Below, one piece after another: positions 10,659-21,566 of a stretch of 64,000 bases of DNA. Under the pieces are notes generated by a model that worked only from the letters and a program-made list of their open reading frames with translations, was not told the DNA's origin and searched no databases. Origin of the DNA: Carpediemonas membranifera BICM (lineage: Eukaryota; Protista; Fornicata); assembly GCA_019828565.1 (NCBI GenBank), contig JAHDYR010000019.1, positions 55,984 through 119,983 on the forward strand, written 5' to 3'. The position numbers and the translations under genes were made by a program. Numbering within the stretch: the first letter of the stretch is position 1; each line of letters begins with the position of its first letter.

Positions 10659-11251
10659 TTTGCGGGCGATAGCTTGAGGTTATGCTCCCGCAAGGCCATG
10701 AATATGGTGCGCAGGTCGTCGATGAACGTGTCATCTGAGTGGGCGGCCTCGAGGATGTCGTCGAGGTACGCCTTGCAGCGGCCGGTGGCAATGGCGGGTG
10801 CTATGACAGCCTGGATGGTACGCTGGAAGTACGAGGGCGCCGAGGCAAGGCCGAACGGGACGCGGGTGTACTGTAGGTAGTCGTCTGGCGTGACAAAGGC
10901 GGAGAGGGCTTGTGAATCTTCGTGGAGGGGAAGCTGGTGATATCCCTTGACGAGGTCAAGAGCAGCGAACCACTTCGCGCCGCGCATGGACATCAGAAAC
11001 TCTCTGATGTTAGGTAGCGGGAAGTGATCCTCCACGAGGTGCTTGTTCAGCTCCGAGTAGTCGACGCACATGCGTGTCTTGTCTTTCTGCTTGACGAGGA
11101 CGATAGGTGAGGCGAAAGGGCCTTTGGAGGGAGTGACGATGCCATTCTGGGCGAGCTCCGCTACGATCTCCTTCGTCTTCTTCCTGTTATCAGGCGAGAG
11201 GCGGCGCGGCTTAATCTGCACGAGGGTATCGTCCTTGACGTGCAAGACCAT
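10532..11251 (-). CDS. pol: RT of K
   Basis: GPFASP, RMCVDY, LDLVKGYHQ, PFGL, YLDD. Confidence 0.93.
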   Translation of the reverse strand: MVLHVKDDTLVQIKPRRLSPDNRKKTKEIVAELAQNGIVTPSKGPFASPIVLVKQKDKTRMCVDYSELNKHLVEDHFPLPNIREFLMSMRGAKWFAALDLVKGYHQLPLHEDSQALSAFVTPDDYLQYTRVPFGLASAPSYFQRTIQAVIAPAIATGRCKAYLDDILEAAHSDDTFIDDLRTIFMALREHNLKLSPAKCVIGASEVRSVGFIVDRNGIHVDPDRIQAIVSLRPPGTSLS

Positions 11252-12621
11252 GGGGGAACGTTGGCCGGTTCAGGACCGAGCGGCTCGAAGATGTCTGAGA
11301 ACTCTCGCAGAAGTGGCACGACGCGAGAGCGGAGCTCGTCCGAGGGTATTTGGACTGACTGCCAGCCCGAGCGGTAGTCTGCAAGGGCTGACTGTAGCCT
11401 TGATCCGGACACCGAGAACACTGGGAGGACGACGTCGTCAGCCGCTGGCGTAGAGTGTGTGAGCCCAAGCGATAGGCCGTCTGAAGTGAGAACGCCGAGG
11501 TCTCTGAGAGTGTCGCACCCGATTAGAGGACACTGGCGGCCAGGGAGGATGATGAAACGGACGGAGACAGCGACAGGGAATCCGGCGAGGCCTGTGAAGA
11601 GGATGGGCGCATCTACGGCCTGATTGACGGTGATTGAGCTGCCGTCGGCGAGAGTGACCGACACGGGGTCGATGCTGGTGCGGGGGAGCTGCCATATCTT
11701 TGCGTAACGATCACTCGTGCATGAGATTGCTGCGCCCGTGTCAATGATGGCTTGGAAGTGGGACGTGCCGCATGAGGCGGGCACCTTAAGGGCGTCGGCT
11801 CCGCGACTTTTCGCGAAGTTGACCTGTGTCTGGGGACCACGTGACTGACGAGAGGGGCAATCTCGGTCGAAGTGGTTGCCCTGACAGTGGCGACAGGGGC
11901 GTGCCGGCTGCCGGGTGTTGTCACCCGAGGGCCCGGTGTTGCCGTTATTGTTGGCTGGAGTGGAGCTCTGGGCGTAGTAGCCGTAGCGGAGAGCCTCCTC
12001 GCGGGCGTTGTCGTCGCGTTTGGCAACGCGGAGGGCAAGGCGCTGGAGATCATCCATGGCGGTGGGCTTGCGTTCAGCCTTCTTGAACTTCATGACCTCC
12101 TTGAAGGGCTTCGGACGTAGGTTGTCGGTGAAGATCCTCATACAGTCTTTCAGAAAGCCTGAGGGGGATTGAGGATCGGGATCGTCGTCATCAGGGGCAT
12201 CACCGTCGACGTGCCTTACAGGGACGATGGCTGCTTCTTCGTAGTCGCTGTCGGAGCTGCTGTCGGATTCGGAGTCGGAGTCGTTGTCGTCATCACGTTG
12301 TAGTACGGTGTGCAGGTTAAAAACCTCGTTGAAGCGGTGGATATAGTCTCGGACTAGAACGATTCTAGACTTCTTGTGCGTTGCGTCCACGGCACAGACA
12401 ATCTTATCGAGACGTTCCTTGAGTGAGAGTAGGTCTCTTGGAGCGATCAGACGCTCGATGAGGTGACCCACCTCTTCGTCAGTGAGCGTGTCCAGATCGG
12501 CATCGAACTGGAGCTCGAGGGCGTTGTAGAGGTCGTCGTCTAAAAACAGGGAGATCTTGGCCTCGGGGTAGTATACCTGGAACTTTCTGAATGAGCGCTT
12601 GGCGGCCCGCCAGGAGTCGCT
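11161..12621 (-). CDS. gag: Gag-protease of K (N-terminus truncated)
   Basis: CRHCQGNHFDRDC knuckle followed in frame by IDTGA. Confidence 0.88.
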   Translation of the reverse strand, partial: SDSWRAAKRSFRKFQVYYPEAKISLFLDDDLYNALELQFDADLDTLTDEEVGHLIERLIAPRDLLSLKERLDKIVCAVDATHKKSRIVLVRDYIHRFNEVFNLHTVLQRDDDNDSDSESDSSSDSDYEEAAIVPVRHVDGDAPDDDDPDPQSPSGFLKDCMRIFTDNLRPKPFKEVMKFKKAERKPTAMDDLQRLALRVAKRDDNAREEALRYGYYAQSSTPANNNGNTGPSGDNTRQPARPCRHCQGNHFDRDCPSRQSRGPQTQVNFAKSRGADALKVPASCGTSHFQAIIDTGAAISCTSDRYAKIWQLPRTSIDPVSVTLADGSSITVNQAVDAPILFTGLAGFPVAVSVRFIILPGRQCPLIGCDTLRDLGVLTSDGLSLGLTHSTPAADDVVLPVFSVSGSRLQSALADYRSGWQSVQIPSDELRSRVVPLLREFSDIFEPLGPEPANVPPWSCTSRTIPSCRLSRAASRLITGRRRRRS

Positions 12622-13984
12622 AGCTGCTTAAGCTGAGTTTTGAGGGCGCTCAAGCTCTTCGGCATGGACTCCTTCGTGAGGAAGTCGAAGACTTGTTCTT
12701 CGGAGAGATCTTCGGCTCTCTTGAGGCCGTAATGAATCTCAATCTCCTTTTGAAGGGAATCGCACAGTAGTAGAGCTATCTTGAAGTCAGGATGGCGCGT
12801 CTTAAAGACTCTCACTTCACGCTTGAAGGCACGAACGCGTTTTTGCGTAAGATCCTTTGCTTCGATGCTAGGGAATGAATAATCGATGCTCAAGCTTACC
12901 ATTAAGCAAAGTAATTACTTATGCGGCGGCAAACGGAATTCTCTTTACATAAACTGCACTGACTCGAGCGCCGTCGTGTGTTACCACAACAGCTGCCGCG
13001 TAGCACAGAAGAGATCGCTAGCCTCGAGGAGTCCCACCACACACTGATAGAAGCAGCCCACAACGACGCAGTTGGCCGCCATGGCGTGCGCCGCACACTG
13101 CTGACTCTTCGAGCCGCCGGCCACAAGTGGCCTGGGATGCAAGCTGAGATCAAGAACTTCGTCTCTCAGTGCCTCAGCTGCCAGTTCAAGCGCAAAGCCG
13201 ACACCAAGGTACCCTACCACAGTACTCAGCCCTCGAACCCCTTTGAGGTAATCTTTATTGACGCTCTTGGCCCCCTACCCGAGTCACACGATGGGTCAAA
13301 ATACATCATCGCGGCTGTAGATGGTTTTTAGCAAGCACCTCTCGCTTTTCCTACGGGAACACAGGGGGAGTCCATCCCCGCCGCTGTGCTCCTACTGGAG
13401 GAGGGAAAGAACTTTAATAAAGAGAAAACCCAATGGTTGCAAATATGGTGTAATCTACAAGTCATAAACTATGTAAGTATTGGGTAAGACCCACTACACT
13501 GCCCCCTTCAGTGCCCAAATGGGCACGACCTCAAGCGGTGTGACTGTACGGCTAGTGAGGATTTGTCGAAGAGTCAACTGCTTTGTTCACGGTTGCCACG
13601 CCGCTCGCGCCGCCGTCCATCTCATTGGCAGTGAGATGGGCTATGTCTGACCTTCTAGTCGGTGTCGCTACGCGCACTGACAATGTCTCAAATCTTTTCC
13701 TGAGATTCAAATATTTTGTGTGGTACCACTGGATAAATAGCGCGCTGATGTAAAATGGATCCTTACCGGGGACACTGCCCCTCCACGGCCAGTATAGGCC
13801 GTCAAATGAAACAAACCAGTTTGAAACAATCAAACGGTGCACCTTTGGGTCAAACGACCTTCGGTTTCGTATTTTGCCCAACATGGGGACTTCTTCGCGT
13901 TCATTACATAGTACTGTCGAAATATGGCCATTAGAGGCTTCAACGAGGCTTCGTTGTCGAGTTCTGGTGCTTTTTTCTTCACAG
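12622..13984. repeat. 1.36-kb direct duplication, copy 2 (B gag start, B LTR 12922-12991, C fragment, D LTR)
   Basis: Matches 7001-8361. Confidence 0.95.
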
Positions 13985-14138
13985 CCATTGCCGTCATCTG
14001 GTGCCTGCACCAATAACAATAACAACATCAAAATAGGTAATAAGGGGATAAATGGAGGTTATATGACGTTGTTTGGCAGCATTTTGGGGGAGTTTCGACG
14101 CGGAACTAAATTGTCAGATTTGGCATTTCGCTTTTCGC

Positions 14139-14879
14139 ATGCCAAAAGCGGGGGAAACGGTTTCTGCGTCGTCTATTGCCGATATCCGTTCGCAGCTCAT
14201 GGAGCTTGCTCCCGCTGAGCTTCAGGATCTTCTGGCCACGCTGCCTTCCGCTTCTTCTGCCGCTGCCGCTCCTTCTGGCGCGATCCGTAAGCGCGCTAGC
14301 CGCAAAACGGCCAAAAAGTAAGTAACAACATCAACCTAACGCTGATATAGCGCCACAATCACGACTGCCGTGCGCGAGAAGCTGTTGTCTTCTGTCCCCC
14401 TTGAGGGTTTTGAGTTACCGCCGTTCACCGAGTTCGACGGTGTGCTCACGCCGTTCGTCACTGAGCACGTCAACAACTACGTCAACTGGGTGGACTTCCC
14501 GTTTCAGTCGGTGTTTGACGCCATTGAGACTGGGGGGTTCGCCCAGTTTGACGTCGGTCCTCTGAAAACGCTGGCTCGACAGGTGCGCGACCTGCGCATT
14601 GACCACTCAGTCTTGAAGTCGATCGCGCTCTATTACAAGTTGGGTCCGGCTTCTGATCGTGACATCATGTCCCGCGCCTATGATGGCGACATGAGCATCA
14701 CCGGTACTGGAGCCTCCCATCGTTTGGTCAGCCCCGCACTGATTAAGTACCTCATGGGCGGACGGATTGGCGTCTCCGAGACTGAGCTTCGCTTGTCTCT
14801 CCACCGTCTGACCATTATGACCTTCGCCCCTGCCTACTACCGCCTCGTCGACGGTCTGCTGGAACTTGGCCTTGACTAG
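14139..14879 (+). CDS. Antisense accessory gene of D, C-terminally truncated, with a 33-nt intron 14318-14350 (second copy ~16569-17308)
   Basis: GTAAGT...CTAAC...TAG removal joins ORF 14139-14317 in frame with the ORF at 14370; shares motifs with antisense ORFs of G and H. Confidence 0.8.
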
Positions 14880-15797
14880 GGGAAGGTTAGCTGAGGAATG
14901 CATCTTCTGTAGTGAAAGAACGTAGAGGGGCTGTTTACCCCGGCAGAACTTCTCCAGGTGACCTTCCCGACCGCAGGCTGAACACTTATGCTTCGGGACT
15001 GGGCATTTGTGCCATGGGTGGCCCGACTTGCCACAGTTGAAACACGTGTAGGTGTCGAACTTCTTCTTGCGATCCGTGTGGTTGCGTGCGTCGAGTCGCT
15101 TCATGTCCTTCTTCGCTTCGGAATGTTGGTGGCTCTCATGGGTACCGTGGTTCAACGGTTGACTGTCACGTTTCGGCTTGTGTTGGTTAAAGCGTTGATG
15201 TTTGTTAGAGACAGGTTGATCGCCAAAGGCTTCGGTGATCTCCCTGCTCTCTTGAACATCGCGGCTCATGGCCAGGACCTTGGGCATGGCTTCGAGCAAC
15301 GCTTGGCCCTCGATCAGCTCTTTGACGCGGTACATTGTGCGGGAGCTAGAACCGAACTTGAAGCACCGCGCGTACGTCTCTCTCAGGACCTCTTCGGACG
15401 AGTCTGGCTGCACCACGGCTAAGAGCGTAGTGAACTTACGGTTGATCTTCACGACCTCGGCAGGGGAGAAGTTAGCGGCGCGCGCTCGGAACAGCTCTAG
15501 GCGCGCGATCTCCCTGGTGGGACGAAGTGTCCTACCCAAGCGTTTGACCACGAATAGGTCGCGAGCTTTGCGCTTCTGCTGAGATGCCTTCTTGACGATG
15601 AGAGGGACGCTCTCTTCGCCATCAGATTCGTCACCAATCGTGTCTGTGACGTAATCGCGAATGGTCTTATCCACAAGTAGATCAATGTCTTGTTTTCCGC
15701 CCAACGCCCGGTAGTCCGAGAGTTCGTCCACGAACTTGATCAACGCGGGCATCGTTGGAGCTTTCAACAACGGGGGAGTTACCTTTCTACTCTCCAT
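14876..15797 (-). CDS. gag: Gag of D unit 1 (two CCHC knuckles); reads across the deletion junction to 14607
   Basis: CFNCGKSGHPWHKC and CSACGREGHLEKFC; clearly similar to H gag. Confidence 0.9.
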
Positions 15798-17304
15798 AGG
15801 CTTGGATTAGATCTAATGTGCTCCTACTGGAGGAGGGAAAGAACTTTAATAAAGAGAAAACCCAATGGTTGCAAATATGGTGTAATCTACAAGTCATAAA
15901 CTATGTAAGTATTGGGTAAGACCCACTACACTGCCCCTTCAGTGCCCAAATGGGCACGACCTCAAGCGGTGTGACTGTACGGCTAGTGAGGATTTGTCGA
16001 AGAGTCAACTGCTTTGTTCACGGTTGCCACGCCGCTCGCGCCGCCGTCCATCTCATTGGCAGTGAGATGGGCTATGTCTGACCTTCTAGTCGGTGTCGCT
16101 ACGCGCACTGACAATGTCTCAAATCTTTTCCTGAGATTCAAATATTTTGTGTGGTACCACTGGATAAATAGCGCGCTGATGTAAAATGGATCCTTACCGG
16201 GGACACTGCCCCTCCACGGCCAGTATAGGCCGTCAAATGAAACAAACCAGTTTGAAACAATCAAACGGTGCACCTTTGGGTCAAACGACCTTCGGTTTCG
16301 TATTTTGCCCAACATGGGGACTTCTTCGCGTTCATTACATAGTACTGTCGAAATATGGCCATTAGAGGCTTCAACGAGGCTTCGTTGTCGAGTTCTGGTG
16401 CTTTTTCTTCACAGCCATTGCCGTCATCTGGTGCCTGCACCAATAACAATAACAACATCAAAATAGGTAATAAGGGGATAAATGTAGGTTATATGACGTT
16501 GTTTGGCAGCATTTTGGGGGAGTTTCGACGCGGAACTAAATTGTCAGATTTGGCATTTCGCTTTTCGCATGCCAAAAGCGGGGAAACGGTTTCTGCGTCG
16601 TCTATTGCCGATATCCGTTCGCAGCTCATGGAGCTTGCTCCCGCTGAGCTTCAGGATCTTCTGGCCACGCTGCCTTCCGCTTCTTCTGCCGCTGCCGCTC
16701 CTTCTGGCGCGATCCGTAAGCGCGCTAGCCGCAAAACGGCCAAAAAGTAAGTAAAAACATCAACCTAACGCTGATATAGCGCCACAATCACGACTGCCGT
16801 GCGCGAGAAGCTGTTGTCTTCTGTCCCCCTTGAGGGTTTTGGAGTTACCGCCGTTCACCGAGTTCGACGGTGTGCTCACGCCGTTCGTCACTGAGCACGT
16901 CAACAACTACGTCAACTGGGTGGACTTCCCGTTTCAGTCGGTGTTTGACGCCATTGAGACTGGGGGTTCGCCCAGTTTGACGTCGGTCCTCTGAAAACGC
17001 TGGCTCGACAGGTGCGCGACCTGCGCATTGACCACTCAGTCTTGAAGTCGATCGCGCTCTATTACAAGTTGGGTCCGGCTTCTGATCGTGACATCATGTC
17101 CCGCGCCTATGATGGCGACATGAGCATCACCGGTACTGGAGCCTCCCATCGTTTGGTCAGCCCCGCACTGATTAAGTACCTCATGGGCGGACGGATTGGC
17201 GTCTCCGAGACTGAGCTTCGCTTGTCTCTCCACCGTCTGACCATTATGACCTTCGCCCCTGCCTACTACCGCCTCGTCGACGGTCTGCTGGAACTTGGCC
17301 TTGA

Positions 17305-18226
17305 CTAGGGGAAGGTTAGCTGAGGAATGCATCTTCTGTAGTGAAAGAACGTAGAGGGGCTGTTTACCCCGGCAGAACTTCTCCAGGTGACCTTCCCGAC
17401 CGCAGGCTGAACACTTATGCTTCGGGACTGGGCATTTGTGCCATGGGTGGCCCGACTTGCCACAGTTGAAACACGTGTAGGTGTCGAACTTCTTCTTGCG
17501 ATCCGTGTGGTTGCGTGCGTCGAGTCGCTTCATGTCCTTCTTCGCTTCGGAATGTTGGTGGCTCTCATGGGTACCGTGGTTCAACGGTTGACTGTCACGT
17601 TTCGGCTTGTGTTGGTTAAAGCGTTGATGTTTGTTAGAGACAGGTTGATCGCCAAAGGCTTCGGTGATCTCCCTGCTCTCTTGAACATCGCGGCTCATGG
17701 CCAGGACCTTGGGCATGGCTTCGAGCAACGCTTGGCCCTCGATCAGCTCTTTGACGCGGTACATTGTGCGGGAGCTAGAACCGAACTTGAAGCACCGCGC
17801 GTACGTCTCTCTCAGGACCTCTTCGGACGAGTCTGGCTGCACCACGGCTAAGAGCGTAGTGAACTTACGGTTGATCTTCACGACCTCGGCAGGGGAGAAG
17901 TTAGCGGCGCGCGCTCGGAACAGCTCTAGGCGCGCGATCTCCCTGGTGGGACGAAGTGTCCTACCCAAGCGTTTGACCACGAATAGGTCGCGAGCTTTGC
18001 GCTTCTGCTGAGATGCCTTCTTGACGATGAGAGGGACGCTCTCTTCGCCATCAGATTCGTCACCAATCGTGTCTGTGACGTAATCGCGAATGGTCTTATC
18101 CACAAGTAGATCAATGTCTTGTTTTCCGCCCAACGCCCGGTAGTCCGAGAGTTCGTCCACGAACTTGATCAACGCGGGCATCGTTGGAGCTTTCAACAAC
18201 GGGGGAGTTACCTTTCTACTCTCCAT
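17305..18226 (-). CDS. gag: Gag of D unit 2
   Basis: Same translation as unit 1. Confidence 0.9.
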
Positions 18227-18363
18227 AGGCTTGGATTAGATCTAATGTGCTCCTACTGGAGGAGGGAAAGAACTTTAATAAAGAGAAAACCCAATGGTTG
18301 CAAATATGGTGTAATCTATAAGTCATAAACTATGTAAGTATTGGGTAAGACCCACTACACCGC

Positions 18364-18826
18364 CTTTGTTAACGATACAGGGACTCAGTGAAGTGTAGCG
18401 CGAGAGAACTGGGGTAAGGGGTAACAGGGACAACCGGGCCTAGCGCTTGGGGCTGCCGCTGACCCACGCCACCTAACCGGGGTAGACACCAGAGACTCGA
18501 CAACTTTCCCCGCCCTCGGGTTGGTCACTTAACAGGGCCGCAGGGGGCACGGATCCTCTGATCTGATCGGCTAGATGCCCTCACCTGGAGCCCCGGTGCG
18601 GACAGTTCGGGCACAAGTCCAACGAGTGCCCGCTGTAACAGGCTCCTAAGGTTTCATACATCCGAGTTCCACGGTGTGGAAAGAAAGGGCGACGATGGCA
18701 GGGTCAGAGGAGCTGTTCACGGACACGTACAGCGGGCCTACCACATTATCCCGCGGGATTGGGCTTCCGCACATGGGTCAGCTGTCCAGATGGGTCGGTT
18801 AGACTGACTTACCTTACCTTACTTAC
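18364..18826 (+). mobile_element. 3' end fragment of a LINE-like element with a (CTTAC)n tail; its 5' stub lies at ~13353-13384 and ~7731-7762
   Basis: Nucleotide similarity to the 3' UTR of the LINE at 56100-56300; tail CTTACCTTACCTTACTTAC 18808-18826; D is inserted in it. Confidence 0.72.
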
Positions 18827-18829
18827 AGG

Positions 18830-20099
18830 CTGCGATATACCTAGACGACATCATGCTGTATGCAAGGGATGGCGACTCCTTCATTGATGTTGTTAAACAC
18901 ACTCTAGAGATCTGCAGACAGTACAATCTGCGGCTCAAAGCACCGAAGTGCAGTTTAGGGACATCCGAAACCGAAGTTGTCGGCTATGTCCTGAATGGCG
19001 AAGGAATGAAGCTCGCAGAGGGCAGAATTAAGTCCATATTGGAACTACCACGACCACGTACCGTTAAGGAGCTGGAACGCCTCCTCGGTTCATTCAACTA
19101 CGTTTCGAAGTTCGTTCAAGACTCATCACGCCTTCTCAAGCCAATCTCATCGATGAAACAAACCAGCAGTGAGCGAGTTTGGGGGGATAAGCAAGAACAA
19201 GCCTTCAAAGAGTTCAAGAGGGAGGTGAAGAAGAACCTCGCCTACATTACCCCGACCTCAACGCGCCGTGGAGACTACAGACGGACGCAAGCGACGAGGG
19301 ATGGGGAGGCATACTGCTACAACAACACGGTGACGACTGGGAAGTCGTCTCATTCTTCTCAGGCTCGTTCAATGACACACAAAAGAACTGGAGCACCTAC
19401 GAGCAAGAATTATTCGCCATCCTGGCCTGCCTAACACGCCGGGACTTCAGCCCCCTCTTCAAGTTGAAAGGGGCTCCTTTCCTAGTGCAGACGGATTATC
19501 GTAACCTCACGTTCCTCAGCCGGAAGCGTGACATCAACGCGAAACTGCTCCGGTGGTCGCTGATTCTCCAGGACTATGACTTTGCCATCGAGCATATACC
19601 CGGCCGAGAGAATGTAGCGGCCGACATGCTGTCCCGAGTGGTCCCCTGCACCGCACTCCTCAGTGAGGTCGAAGACTTCACGCAGAACATCAAAGAGGCG
19701 CAGAAGAGAGCCTCGGCCGAGGAGCTATCTGAGTGGACAAGCACCGCTCAGACGACACGTGATCCAGATGGGCTGTACCGATACAAGGGGGTGCCGTGGG
19801 TGCCGAAAGACCCCGACCTCCGCGAGTCCTTGCTGATGCACGCCCACAGACGACACGAGGGACGTGACAAGACGTTAGAAGCACTGCGAGGACTGGGCTT
19901 TTGGGTCGGGCGGACGTCAGACGTCGCAGACTTCACAAGCCACTGCCCCATCTGCCTGAAGACAAGATTGAAAAACTTTGTCTCCACACAGCGCCTCTCA
20001 ACCAAGGCTGGCAAGCCCTGGGAAACGGTGGCCATCGACACGGTCGGGCCCATCACGCACGGACAGTGAGGGCAACAAGTTTATCTTCGTGATAACAGA
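18830..20099 (+). pseudogene. pol: M pol: RT C-terminus, RNase H, integrase HHCC (frameshifted)
   Basis: YLDD, QTDAS, TDYRNL, CPIC, IDTVGP. Confidence 0.88.
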
Positions 20100-20238
20100 T
20101 GTCGTGGATCTTTAGATCCATGCATATATTTATTCCTGATCTGATTACGATCTGGTCTTGATTTGTCTTTTATTTTTAAACACTTCGCATTGTTCGTTGT
20201 TGTTCTACCCCCGCGCGCCTACAACAGTAATATTACTG

Positions 20239-21093
20239 ATGAACATTGAGCAACTAACGAATTATTTCGCCCCATACATGTCGTCCACTAAGGCAAAGGT
20301 CTGGTACTCCTTCAGAGAAAGCTACTACCTTTACGCCGTTCGAGCACGCGATCCTGCGCCGATATACGAGTGCGTTGCACGCACTGTGCTTAAGACTTTC
20401 GCCCTTGAAAGTGAAGACGTTCGACGCTTGATGCGTTACGTAGCCCTCCGACGCCAACGCCCTCAGGCCCAGCCTCGAGATCCACTTCTCTTTCTTCCGC
20501 CTCCGGCAGAAGAACAAGCTCTCGACGACGACAGCTCCAGTGATTCTTCATCCTCCGCCTCTTCCTCTTCCTCCTCCGAAGCTCCTGACCACGTCTCCAT
20601 CGACTCTATCTTCTCCCACGAGTCCGACATGAACGATCCGACGATGCTTTTACGCTTCAGCCCAGCATCTCAACAAGTTCTTTATTGACGCCGTCAACCG
20701 TATCTTCAAGCCCCGTGACAAGCAGAGTGCCCTCGATCGCTTCAACGATATAAGCTTTTCGAAGGGCCGCGAGCTATACGAGAACATGATGCACTACTGT
20801 CTGCTGTACCGCCGTACCCTGCAAAACTGCTGTGACGTTCGCCCCAAGGAGTCTCATCTGGTAACCAAATTCCTATCGAACATCAGCGACGCCCGTCTGC
20901 GCCAAAGGTGCAAGACCGAGGCCGACAAGCGCAGTCTGCGCAAGACGATGCAGCTCTCCCTCACACAGGCCAAGGAGCAGGAACGCGTTCGGTACGAGAC
21001 CAAGGCAGAAGCTGAATTAAAAGATCAGCCCTGCCTTGAGTTGACTGAAGATTACCTGGACGCTATTGATGAAGCCCATTCGTGCACCGATGT
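20239..21093 (+). CDS. gag: Gag-position ORF of F (frameshift ~20650; cut by I)
   Basis: ATG 12 nt after the 5' LTR; continues to the protease after I; no zinc knuckle seen. Confidence 0.7.
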
Positions 21094-21566
21094 TGTGGCG
21101 ACAACAGTATTTACACATAACCTGCGAAGCAGGGGTGAGTGTGCCCGTAATTATAAATAGCAATAATAATAACTGAGGCACTGACACTACCCCCCTCGAG
21201 CTGTAAGTGGGGCGTATGAATGGTGCCGAAGATATGTTTTGATGTCATCAAATCTTTCGGTCAGATCTCGAGGATATTCTCCACGATATTCGCCAGGAGT
21301 CTGGGTTCGAGTCCCGGGATGGTCACTTTTGTCGAACAGCGGATCAATTGATGAGCGAGTTGTTCGTGATGACGGTATGATGTCCAGAATGAGCCTGGTG
21401 TGTTCGAAACGCGAAGGATACTTGTTAGAAAGTCCTTCTTTCCCCCCTTTTCCTGCTATCGGTTCTCGATGAGGGAATGCATGATGTTCCTGTTCGAACT
21501 GCGTTCGTTCGGATGAATGTTTGTACAATAAGCAACATCAACATGAGATTAGGATGGGCTGATGTT

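Larger units (their letters stand above)
8362..12621 (-). mobile_element. Chromovirus-like LTR retrotransposon 'K', 5'-truncated with a single LTR
   Basis: 3' LTR 8362-8486 (TG...CA, 125 bp) next to PPT GGGGAGGTAG; gag-pol ORFs; gag is cut at ~12621. Confidence 0.92.
13385..18359 (-). mobile_element. Tandem dimer of pol-deleted non-autonomous LTR element 'D' (LTR-int-LTR-int-LTR)
   Basis: 114-bp LTRs at 13385-13498, 15817-15930 and 18246-18359; TSD CCGC; ~2.43-kb unit containing gag and a truncated antisense gene. Confidence 0.95.

Noticed and set aside
12540-12902. Apparent short gag gene
   Set aside because: Chimera of duplicated B gag running into K at the 12621/12622 junction.
14607-14875. 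C-terminal extension of D gag
   Set aside because: Read-through across the deletion junction into the reverse strand of the antisense gene.
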